Shown here: positions 37,301-44,970 of the stretch, in pieces | How the letters are laid out: every line of letters begins with the position of its first letter | Position numbering within the stretch: the first letter of the stretch is position 1 | Source: an uncultured Bacilli bacterium | GTDB lineage: Bacteria; Bacillota_I; Bacilli_A; RF39; UBA660 | Assembly: GCA_947595045.1 (NCBI GenBank) | Contig: CANQEN010000001.1 | Span: 1 to 57,149, forward strand | Reading direction: 5' to 3' | Length of the DNA stretch: 57,149 bases | The notes under the pieces: generated by a model | Told to the model about the DNA's origin: nothing | The model's database searches: none | Seen by the model: the letters and a program-made list of their open reading frames with translations, nothing else | Translations under genes and position numbers: made by a program

Positions 37301-39773
37301 AAGTTTAAATAAAATTGAAGATATATTTATTAAAAACAATATACCAACAGTTGGAAAAATATATTCTTGTTTTGAAATATTACATCCCAATTTTCAAGGA
37401 TTTAATTTTGAAAGTTCGATGGTATCACCTGTACTTAAAAAATCATCAACTATGAATAAAAAATTAATAGTTTTCTCAGATTTAATTAAATCTTCATTTG
37501 GATCAAATAATAGGTCTGTAAATGCTTATTTAAAAAATATTGAGATTGGTTCTAAATTATATGAAAGGATAAAATTAGGACAAATTAAGTGTGATTCACT
37601 TGATGAATCACAAAAGGAAGAATTAATCACTTTTAGTAAACATTTATCAACTCTTTATAATAATACTATAAAAGGTAAAAAGGAAAATGAAACTTTTACT
37701 AATACGGGAGATATTTTAACTGGTATTTTAGAATTATCTAAAAAATTGTCACCAAATGGTACTTTGAATTATAATATAGGTGATAGAGTTATAAGAATGT
37801 TTTGTGGCTTTACTGGGATTGATACATTAGAACAAGCCAATAATTATATTAATCAGAAAATAAGAACTGCTGATACTAGAAATAGAAAGGCATCTAGTTC
37901 AGATATGATATTAGAACAAGGGGATTTTATTAAAGGAATTGGGGATATTACTTATTTAAGAAATATTTTACAAAATGGTAGTGTTTCTAAAGAATATTTA
38001 GGTTCTAGTGCAGGGAGTGATTCAACACCATTAGATACAGATGTATCTATGATTATTAAAGCTGATGGAACAATTAAAGATAAATTTAATGAAACAGCTG
38101 CCAATAGTTATGGCCCTATTTGGTTTGTATTAAAAAATGATGATAGGTTTATAACAACAAGAACCCAGAGTGAACATTTTGATGTTAAAAATGATATGTC
38201 CAAAATGGAAGTTTTTTATACTGGTGTTTGGGGTTCAGATCATTATGGAATAAGAACAGGATTTGCATCCAGTGAAATAAATTATATAGTTATGGATAGT
38301 TATGATCCAAGAGTTGGACTTGAAATTGCGATGAATGGTTTTTATATTCCAGTTGCAAATAAAGAAGGAAAAATAGTATTTACTCCTGATGATTATGATA
38401 AATTGAGAGAAAAAATGAATGGACTTTCATATTATAATGCAAATAATTATACATTCTCTGAAAATTTAGTAACTAAAGAAACAGAATATTTAGCTTCTCA
38501 AATAGAACAAAGTAATTATGAAACTCAAGTTAAAAGAACAAAAATAAATGAAATTATAAAAAAATCCCTTGAAGAATTAGGATTACATTTAAAAACTAAT
38601 ATAAATGGTGATTTGACGGAAGGATTTGTAGAGTTAATTGATACTGGTTCGACAGGTAGAGGTACAAATAAACCGGGGGATGGGGATTTTGACTTTATGA
38701 TGAGATTAGATAAATCAATATTTTCAAATAATACTAAATTAAATCAATTAAAAAATACATTATTAAAAAATTTAGGTAAAGAAAATACTGAAGAAGTCAT
38801 TAATAGTGGTGATTTTAGACTTAAAGAAGTTAAAATAGATAGTAACACTAATGTCGATATTGATATCACTTTTACAGAAAAAACAGATAAAGTTTCTTAT
38901 TCAACTGATATGGCTTTACAAGATAGACTTACTAATATAAAAAATATAAATGCAGAAAAGTATAAATATGTCGTTGCTAATATTCTTCTTGCAAAAGAAG
39001 TATTAAAAGAAGCTGAAGTATATAAGCCAGATCGTGGTGATATAGCACAAGGTGGTTTAGGGGGAGTAGGGATCGAAAATTGGATTTTACAAAATGGAGG
39101 ATCATTTATAGAAGCAGCTAATAGCTTTCTTGAAGCAGCAGAAGGTAAAAGTTTTGATGAGTTTAAAGTAAGTTATCGAATATGGGATTTTGGGGATAAT
39201 CATTTGGCTGAAAGACGAGGAAAATATGTTCATGATAATTTTGTAGTCAATAATATGAATGAAGATGGTTATTGTAAAATGAAAAAGGTATTAACAGAAT
39301 TTATTAAAGATAATAAATATGCGAATGAAGAACAAACCATTAAATATAAAGAATATGATAATAATAATATCGATGAGAAAACATTATTAAAATTGTCTAA
39401 ATTAGAAGTTATTACAGAACAAAGTATTGATGATTTACAAACGATAGTTAAAAATAAAGAGAGTAATAAAATAGTTAGTACAATAGCAACTAATTATGGT
39501 TTGAATAGTAATACAACTAGACTTATTGTTGAAGATGATTTTGCAATAGTATATGATACTATTGGTAATAAAGTCAGAATTGGGGATTTATTATGTTCTA
39601 AAATGAATAGTGAAGTAAAAGATAATATTTGTAAAGCTTTAGGACAATTAGGTAGTAATGTTGATTTATCATTATTAGATAAGCAAAAATTACAGATATA
39701 TAATAAAGTTATGAATTTAAATAATCAAGTTGGTATGAATATTAACATAGGAGAACAACACAAAACAATATAA
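34377..39773 (+). CDS. Giant 1,798-aa multidomain protein: N-terminal helical region, 7 tandem repeats, unknown central domain, C-terminal Pol-beta-type nucleotidyltransferase
   Basis: Uninterrupted 5,397-nt ORF. Repeats span aa 400-900. The NTase signature GSTGRGTNKPGDGDFDF is at aa 1424-1440, with a candidate third carboxylate in VDIDITF (aa 1493-1499). The downstream helix ILLAKEVLKEAEVYKPDRGDIAQGGLGGVGIENWILQNGGSF resembles the class-I CCA/PAP/OAS substrate-binding domain. No signal peptide or TM helix by eye. Confidence 0.8.
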   Translation: MFGNILDNFKINKFFKLIDANDYGKNKKASKLFDKPKLRVKIINDLRIVDSITTNFFVETYSAGDIKRLGTIFDEITNDDMLVLMLDKLLEYTKNHQLNLIDNFSSIKNIYVSHCYKNTELDNAIKNKFADLLYQTGKKSLFPTDYIEPFIKNLTSEEKLSIFDSESMIKFVTTYQGKIDYHTCENFINNIIDEHDNEGVKKQIILNSVDIFINGKAINSYLEYVNTYLDKDGIVKILTDKRIINNIDMNKDYYLAKNLITLLNKVDDTNIMSQDNDKTQSIVTKNQLIDVYFKNYKYPHIIINYIKEINEKEKEQISDNTFTALLNSVDYAKKNEDIIKNYYGSNARFVFNALDQYDDKNAKLLEIKANISIEEVMEYAVQNNIDIRTVLTYAKQHNMDLFQDHIAQKYSSDDSYFRELPYTKADLIKYYRGNDSYIFFDKLRLCNDKEKVLLESNNYIDFSLFPYYGNISLDLFKDSFAKKFCNNDSYFKILPNEKFYLIDYYAGKDALIVLKYLKGHRNINDIKAFCQSRGIELFEEQVAKKYSNYYDYFRMLPKDKEYLKKYCDNYDNVLFLDKLLQADDKENFLLQSNFFNINALFEFCADNHLALDLFQEKFAIKFRQNEDYFKRLPKENASLIQFYAGFDENLFLQNLVLVSNKEDILLNSNIHLIYMNKLSNFCQNNGIDLFQKKFAMKFSHLDSYFELLPDDKFFLIDYYTGKDVLIVLRYLKGHRSIDEIITFCQSRGIELFCDFVAEKFSDYDEYFRMLPEDSADLIRYYKGTKEDIFVDKLDLCHNKKSVLLYSNINVNKFIYFCNHYHIDPFDWNSAKRYRFDDSYFRELPPSKADLIKYYAGRNIQLFSNKLMSCNNKINLLFNSKIGTDMKEIEEIYNYAKEYMTPLELKILENYIQINDYNLKNIFKDYILNNMESVTFDTIDNVAEILKRLSTSNASEMLNFRSEIATQLLKSANPIKSLNKIEDIFIKNNIPTVGKIYSCFEILHPNFQGFNFESSMVSPVLKKSSTMNKKLIVFSDLIKSSFGSNNRSVNAYLKNIEIGSKLYERIKLGQIKCDSLDESQKEELITFSKHLSTLYNNTIKGKKENETFTNTGDILTGILELSKKLSPNGTLNYNIGDRVIRMFCGFTGIDTLEQANNYINQKIRTADTRNRKASSSDMILEQGDFIKGIGDITYLRNILQNGSVSKEYLGSSAGSDSTPLDTDVSMIIKADGTIKDKFNETAANSYGPIWFVLKNDDRFITTRTQSEHFDVKNDMSKMEVFYTGVWGSDHYGIRTGFASSEINYIVMDSYDPRVGLEIAMNGFYIPVANKEGKIVFTPDDYDKLREKMNGLSYYNANNYTFSENLVTKETEYLASQIEQSNYETQVKRTKINEIIKKSLEELGLHLKTNINGDLTEGFVELIDTGSTGRGTNKPGDGDFDFMMRLDKSIFSNNTKLNQLKNTLLKNLGKENTEEVINSGDFRLKEVKIDSNTNVDIDITFTEKTDKVSYSTDMALQDRLTNIKNINAEKYKYVVANILLAKEVLKEAEVYKPDRGDIAQGGLGGVGIENWILQNGGSFIEAANSFLEAAEGKSFDEFKVSYRIWDFGDNHLAERRGKYVHDNFVVNNMNEDGYCKMKKVLTEFIKDNKYANEEQTIKYKEYDNNNIDEKTLLKLSKLEVITEQSIDDLQTIVKNKESNKIVSTIATNYGLNSNTTRLIVEDDFAIVYDTIGNKVRIGDLLCSKMNSEVKDNICKALGQLGSNVDLSLLDKQKLQIYNKVMNLNNQVGMNINIGEQHKTI
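35574..37076 (+). repeat. Seven in-frame tandem repeats (62-76 aa) forming a ~640-nt higher-order repeat inside the giant ORF
   Basis: Unit starts are at aa 400, 474, 536, 612, 688, 750 and 823. Each unit is (D/E)(L/P)F...(A)(K)(K/R)(F/Y)...D.YF(R/K).LP..K..LI.YY.G and ends in FC....(I)(D/E)LF. Units starting at aa 474 and 688 (and at 536 and 750) are 214 aa apart and are closest to each other. Confidence 0.85.
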
Positions 39774-39790
39774 AAATTAATTTTCCTATC

Positions 39791-39819
39791 TTTACAAAAT
39801 AGTTATTGTTTGTTATAAT
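39791..39819 (+). promoter_or_regulatory. SigA-type promoter for rpsF-ssb-rpsR
   Basis: -35 TTTACA (39791-39796), 17-nt spacer, extended -10 TGtTATAAT (39811-39819). Confidence 0.65.
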
Positions 39820-39885
39820 CAATAGCGAGTAAATTAATTACTCCTTGCCATGTATTGGCCAAAAGACCATAAGGAGGTGGAAATA

Positions 39886-40188
39886 ATGAGACATTATGAA
39901 ATTATGTTTATTGTCAAACCTACATTAAGCGAAGAAGCAATTAAGGCTACTGCTGATAATTTTAAAAATGTACTAGAAAAATTAGAAGCAACAGTAACTA
40001 ATGTAGATGAATGGGGACAAAGATCATTAGCTTATGATATTAAAAAAGGTTCGGAAACTTTTAAAAGTGGTTATTACTATGTATATGAAGTTGATGCTAA
40101 TTCTCATGAGGCTATAAAAGAATTTGATCGTTTAGCACGTATTAGCCCTGATATTATTAGACATTTAATCATAAAGAAAGAAGATTAA
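39886..40188 (+). CDS. rpsF: 30S ribosomal protein S6
   Basis: MRHYEIMFIVKP.. with AAGGAGGTGG upstream of ATG 39886. The ORF-track start at 39850 is an extension. Confidence 0.93.
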   Translation: MRHYEIMFIVKPTLSEEAIKATADNFKNVLEKLEATVTNVDEWGQRSLAYDIKKGSETFKSGYYYVYEVDANSHEAIKEFDRLARISPDIIRHLIIKKED

Positions 40189-40202
40189 TAAAGAGGTGTA
40201 AT

Positions 40203-40685
40203 ATGAATAAAGTAATGTTAGTCGGTCGAATTACGGCAAAACCAGAACTTAGATATACAAGCTCGAATACAGCTTATTTACGTTTTACAGTAGCTATTAA
40301 TCGAAATTTCACTAATAGTGAGGGAAAACGTGATGCTGATTTTATTAATGTAGTAGCTTGGAGGAGACAAGCTGAGACTATTGCCAAGTATTTTGATAAA
40401 GGTAATCTAATAGCTATAGAAGGTAGATTACAAACAGGAAGTTACGACGATAAAGATGGAAATAGAAGGTATACAATGGATGTGGCTTTAGATAATTTTG
40501 AGTTTGTTGAAGGAAGAAACAAATCACAAAATGATACATTACCAATAGATAATGGATATCAAAATTCAATGCCTAGTCCAAGTCCATATGATTATCAGAA
40601 TGATAATGAAAGTATTAGTGTCGATTCTGATCCATTTGCAGAGTATGGTGATAGTGTTTCTATCGATGATAGCTTCCTAGATTAA
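40203..40685 (+). CDS. ssb: Single-stranded DNA-binding protein
   Basis: [21 protein letters not shown] fold, acidic C-terminal tail ..SIDDSFLD. Position between rpsF and rpsR. Confidence 0.93.
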   Translation: MNKVMLVGRITAKPELRYTSSNTAYLRFTVAINRNFTNSEGKRDADFINVVAWRRQAETIAKYFDKGNLIAIEGRLQTGSYDDKDGNRRYTMDVALDNFEFVEGRNKSQNDTLPIDNGYQNSMPSPSPYDYQNDNESISVDSDPFAEYGDSVSIDDSFLD

Positions 40686-40699
40686 AGGAGGATTTAAAT

Positions 40700-40918
40700 A
40701 TGGCAGAAATAAATCGAAAAAGAAAAAAAATATGTCAAATGTGTGCAGGAAAAGATGTTGATTATAAAAATGTTGATGTAATAAAAAAATATGTTAGTGC
40801 AGATAAAGGAAAAATATTACCTAGAAGAATTACTGGAAACTGTGCTAAGCATCAAAGAATGATTACAGCTCAAATTAAAAGAGCACGTTTTATGGCTCTT
40901 ATTCCATTTACAAAGTAA
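40700..40918 (+). CDS. rpsR: 30S ribosomal protein S18
   Basis: [52 protein letters not shown]. Confidence 0.93.
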   Translation: MAEINRKRKKICQMCAGKDVDYKNVDVIKKYVSADKGKILPRRITGNCAKHQRMITAQIKRARFMALIPFTK

Positions 40919-40939
40919 AGGCTATATAAGCCTTTTTTA
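40917..40939. terminator. Bidirectional terminator between rpsR and gpsA
   Basis: AAAGGCT (40917-40923), loop ATATA, AGCCTTT (40929-40935), then a T-tract. Confidence 0.65.
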
Positions 40940-41881
40940 TTGCCTTAATAAGTCAATCATAATAGTTGGTTCTTTTTCCTTAAAAATAATTTGATATAAA
41001 AAATTTATAAAACCTAAATCAATGTTAGCATTAATTAATTTGTTGTACAATAGTTCTAAAGAGGTAACACCCTCAACAGTATGTGCGTTTTGATATTCTT
41101 TAATATTTAGTTGATTATTTTGTCCCAGTTTTAATCCAAAAGTATAATTACGACTTTTAGTACTAGTACATGATAAAAATATGTCCCCTATGCCAGCTAG
41201 GGATATAATAGTATCAGTTTTACCATTAAAATACAATATTATTTTTTGAATATCTTGAATAGCTTTAGTAAAGAAAGTTGCTTTAGTAGATTCTGATAAT
41301 CCTAATCCATTAACTAATCCCATTCCAACTGCCAATATATTTTTACATGCGCCACATATTTCCATACCAATCATATCTTGATTATGAGATAAAAAAACAA
41401 AATTATTTTGTAACATTAATTTTATATCATTAACTAGACTTATCTCATTAGAACAAATATCTAAGTGAATGATTTGATCATCTAATATATCAATAGCAAA
41501 TGAAGGACCTGATATAAAACCGATTGCATTATCGGGTAATTCATTATTTAAAAAAGTTGATATAAAATCACCGGTATATGGTTCTAAACCTTTAGAAGCA
41601 ACTACTATTTTTTGCTTGTTACTTATTACTTTCTTTAACTCTAATATAGTAGCATGTATATAAGGAGTGGATACTGCAATTAAAATGATATCAGTTTCTT
41701 TAATACATTCTTTTATATCATTAAATATAATAAATTGTTGTTTATACTTTTTAAAATATTGATTGAACTCTTTTACTTCTTGTTCAACTTTAGTCCAAAT
41801 ATTAATATGGTGTCCGTTTACTAAAATAGGATATGATAGTGCCCTACCAAAAGCACCAATACCTAAAAGTGTTACTTTCAT
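40937..41881 (-). CDS. gpsA: NAD(P)H-dependent glycerol-3-phosphate dehydrogenase
   Basis: MKVTLLGIGAFGRALS (GxGxxG), ISGPSFAIDI, CKNILAVGMGLVNGLGL. ATG 41881 is preceded by GGGTGA. Confidence 0.85.
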   Translation of the reverse strand: MKVTLLGIGAFGRALSYPILVNGHHINIWTKVEQEVKEFNQYFKKYKQQFIIFNDIKECIKETDIILIAVSTPYIHATILELKKVISNKQKIVVASKGLEPYTGDFISTFLNNELPDNAIGFISGPSFAIDILDDQIIHLDICSNEISLVNDIKLMLQNNFVFLSHNQDMIGMEICGACKNILAVGMGLVNGLGLSESTKATFFTKAIQDIQKIILYFNGKTDTIISLAGIGDIFLSCTSTKSRNYTFGLKLGQNNQLNIKEYQNAHTVEGVTSLELLYNKLINANIDLGFINFLYQIIFKEKEPTIMIDLLRQ

Positions 41882-41999
41882 TATCGTCACCCTACTCGAT
41901 TATATCATATTTTTATTAATTGATAAAATATAGAATTTAAGCTCATCTAAATAATAATTATTGGTATTATCTTTTTTTATTTAAACTTTCTGAAAAAGA

Positions 42000-42299
42000 T
42001 TAAGGATTTTTCATATTATTAATTTCATTTTGCATTTTACTTAAAATATTACTTAAATCATTCATAGTTAGATTATTATCATTAATAATATGGGTATTTT
42101 GATTAGTAGATGTACCTGTTCTATTATTAATTAATTGTTGCTGAGCAGCATTAGTACATAGTACTTGAGCTAATAACATAAACCAATTACCTAAGGAATT
42201 TTGCTCAGCCGGAGTTAAGTCATCAATTAATAAAAAACCTACTACAGTAGCACTTAAAGTAAATATGGGTGCAGGAGTGCTTGGCACTAAATTTTTCAT
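42000..42299 (-). CDS. Hypothetical small protein (99 aa), hydrophobic N-terminus and Asn/Gln-rich C-terminus
   Basis: AGGTGA lies 4 nt before ATG 42299. Sequence: MKNLVPSTPAPIFTLSATVVGFLLIDDLTPAEQNSLGNWFMLLAQVLCTNAAQQQLINN... No motif I can name. Confidence 0.5.
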   Translation of the reverse strand: MKNLVPSTPAPIFTLSATVVGFLLIDDLTPAEQNSLGNWFMLLAQVLCTNAAQQQLINNRTGTSTNQNTHIINDNNLTMNDLSNILSKMQNEINNMKNP

Positions 42300-42795
42300 T
42301 GAATCACCTATAATCTCTATCAAATTTTATTCGAATATTAAAAATAAAATTAATATCTAATAAATATTCAAACAATAATCATTAAAAAATCCGTTTTGTC
42401 CTTTATCACTATGAATTTTTAAAATTTATTTAAATAATTTTATAATTAAGTAGCGATAAGATAGATGCATGAGATTATTATTGAAATCTCAATAAAATAA
42501 ATAGGTAAAAAAGAGACAGTAATGATGATATAGGGGATAATAGGTACATTTGCTATGGCAAAAGGTCATATTAAAAACAAACAATATGAAAAAATAAGAA
42601 AGTTAAAGATATCTTAATATAGCAAGTTCTTTGAAAATTGAACAAAAAAGCCAAGATAGTAAAAACTAAAATGTTAACAGAGGAGAAAGTAGAAAAAATA
42701 GGAGTGTTTTAATATTTATAATAATGTACTACTTTAATTTTAGCAAATAGTAACAAAAAATTGAACAAAGGAAAAAAATACTTTCAAAAAAATGC

Positions 42796-42824
42796 TTGCT
42801 TTTTTATGCTGTTTTTAGTATAAT
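42796..42824 (+). promoter_or_regulatory. SigA-type promoter of the S10 operon
   Basis: -35 TTGCTT (42796-42801), 17-nt spacer, -10 TATAAT (42819-42824). About 130 nt of comparatively GC-rich leader lie before rpsJ. Confidence 0.65.
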
Positions 42825-42958
42825 CAATTTATGTGTGGCGTGCTATGATGTGTGAGGTTGCCGATACACCAGGTTAAGTTGTTAACAAAAATAAAATAAT
42901 AGTCGGGTTTTTACACGGAGCAAGTCTATACGAGATATAGGCGAAGGGAGGACGAAAA

Positions 42959-43267
42959 ATGTCAACAGTAAAAGTTCGTATCAAATTAAAAGCGTTTGAA
43001 CATAAGAATCTAGATGCTGCTTGTGCTAAAATTGTTGATACAGTCAAAAGAAATGGTGGAAAGGTAAGTGGACCAGTCCCACTACCAACTGAAATTGAAA
43101 AAATTACTATTTTAAGAGCTGTTCACAAAGATAAGGATTCACGTGAACAATTTGAAAAAAGAACACACAAAAGACTAATTGATATCATTAATCCAACTAA
43201 GGAAACAATTGATGCTTTGACTCGGTTAGATATTCCAAGTGGTGTTGATATCAAAATAATAAAATAG
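42959..43267 (+). CDS. rpsJ: 30S ribosomal protein S10
   Basis: [30 protein letters not shown]-like core. RBS AGGGAGGA. Confidence 0.95.
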   Translation: MSTVKVRIKLKAFEHKNLDAACAKIVDTVKRNGGKVSGPVPLPTEIEKITILRAVHKDKDSREQFEKRTHKRLIDIINPTKETIDALTRLDIPSGVDIKIIK

Positions 43268-43278
43268 GAGGATAGAGA

Positions 43279-44028
43279 ATGAAAGGAATCTTAGGTCGAA
43301 AAGTTGGAATGACTCAAGTGTTTACAGAATCTGGTAAGTTGATTCCAGTCACAGTGGTATCAGTTGAACCTAATATTGTAACACAAATCAAGACTAAAGA
43401 AAATGATGGGTATGAGGCTATTCAATTAGGCTTCGATACTAAAAGAGAAAAGTTAGCGACAAAAGCTTCAGCAGGACATACTGCTAAAGCAAACACTACA
43501 CCTAAGCGCTTCTTTAGAGAAATTAAAGGTGTAGATATTAATGAATATACATTAGGTCAAGAAATTAAAGCTGATATTTTTACAGCTGGAGAAGTTATTG
43601 ATGTAACAGGAACAACTAAAGGTAAGGGCTTTCAAGGTGTTATTAAAAGACATGGACAGAGTAGAGGACCTATGGGACATGGATCTCATTATCATAGAAG
43701 ACCAGGCTCAATGGGGACTATGAGACCTATGCGTGTTTTTAAAGGTAAAAAATTACCTGGACATATGGGAACATTGACAGTAACTATTCAAAATTTGGAG
43801 ATTGTTGCAGTAGATGTAGAAAATAATGTTATCCTAGTAAAGGGAAATATTCCAGGACCAAAGAAAGGTTTAGTAATTATTAAAAATGCAGTTAAAGCTA
43901 ATGGTAAAGTTAATGAAACAGAAGCTTTAGTTAATTATGTTACTGAATCTGAAGTTTCTGATATATCAACAGTAGAATCAGTAGAAAAAGAAGAAACTAC
44001 CGATGAAACTACTAAGGAAGAACAATAG
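43279..44028 (+). CDS. rplC: 50S ribosomal protein L3 (with acidic C-terminal extension)
   Basis: [15 protein letters not shown].., [12 protein letters not shown]. 249 aa, about 40 aa longer than the usual ~210. Confidence 0.95.
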   Translation: MKGILGRKVGMTQVFTESGKLIPVTVVSVEPNIVTQIKTKENDGYEAIQLGFDTKREKLATKASAGHTAKANTTPKRFFREIKGVDINEYTLGQEIKADIFTAGEVIDVTGTTKGKGFQGVIKRHGQSRGPMGHGSHYHRRPGSMGTMRPMRVFKGKKLPGHMGTLTVTIQNLEIVAVDVENNVILVKGNIPGPKKGLVIIKNAVKANGKVNETEALVNYVTESEVSDISTVESVEKEETTDETTKEEQ

Positions 44029-44042
44029 TAGGGAGGATACAT

Positions 44043-44669
44043 ATGAGCAAAATTGATGTATTAAATATAAAAGGTGAAAAAGTAAAAAGTATTACTTTAG
44101 CAGATACTATATGGGATATAACACCAAATGATACTGTTCTATATAATGCTATTGTTTTAGCTAATAGTAATATGCGTCAAGGTACACATAGTGTTAAATC
44201 TCGTTCTGAAGTTTCAGGTGGTGGAAGAAAACCATGGAGACAAAAAAGAACAGGACGCGCTCGTCAAGGTTCAACTAGAGCACCTCATTGGTATCATGGT
44301 GGTGTTGCATTTGGACCACAAACAGAACGAAATTATACAAAAAAGATGAATAGAAAAGAAAGACGTCTAGCATTAAAATCAGCACTATCTTACAAAGTAC
44401 AAGACAAAGAGTTAATTGTTTTAGATAAATTAAGCTTAGAGTCTAATAAAACTAAAGAAATGAAAAATATTTTAGCTGGTTTAGGTGTTGAACGTAATAT
44501 TTTAATTGTAGTTAATGAATTAGATGATAATATTGTATTAGCTAGCCGTAATTTAAATAATGTTTTATTATTGGCAGCAAATGAAATTAATACTTTAGAT
44601 ATTATATCAGCTAATGTCATGATTATTACAGAAGATGCCATTAAAACAATAGAGGAGGTGCTTGTTTAA
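44043..44669 (+). CDS. rplD: 50S ribosomal protein L4
   Basis: [26 protein letters not shown]. Confidence 0.95.
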   Translation: MSKIDVLNIKGEKVKSITLADTIWDITPNDTVLYNAIVLANSNMRQGTHSVKSRSEVSGGGRKPWRQKRTGRARQGSTRAPHWYHGGVAFGPQTERNYTKKMNRKERRLALKSALSYKVQDKELIVLDKLSLESNKTKEMKNILAGLGVERNILIVVNELDDNIVLASRNLNNVLLLAANEINTLDIISANVMIITEDAIKTIEEVLV

Positions 44670-44950
44670 TGACCGATTATAGAGATATTATTAAGGCACC
44701 AATTATAACTGAAAAAACAACTGATTTAATGCAAAATAAAAATACATTTGTGTTTAGTGTTGATGTAAAAGCTAATAAAACACAGATTAAACAAGCTATT
44801 GAGAAAATATTTAATGTTAAAGTTGAAAATGTTAATACCATTAATGTTCCAAGAAGGAAAAAAAGGGTAGGACGTTATGTTGGTAAAACTAATAAAGTAA
44901 AAAAAGCCATTGTGAAGTTGGCAGAAGGTAGTTCAATTGAACTAATCTAA
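44669..44950 (+). CDS. rplW: 50S ribosomal protein L23
   Basis: [11 protein letters not shown].., [24 protein letters not shown]. Confidence 0.95.
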   Translation: MTDYRDIIKAPIITEKTTDLMQNKNTFVFSVDVKANKTQIKQAIEKIFNVKVENVNTINVPRRKKRVGRYVGKTNKVKKAIVKLAEGSSIELI

Positions 44951-44970
44951 TCTAAAGGAGGATTATACTT

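Noticed and set aside
42555-42617. 20-aa ORF MAKGHIKNKQYEKIRKLKIS in the S10 upstream gap.
   Set aside because: It has no RBS at a functional distance and no recognisable family, so it is probably chance in AT-rich DNA.
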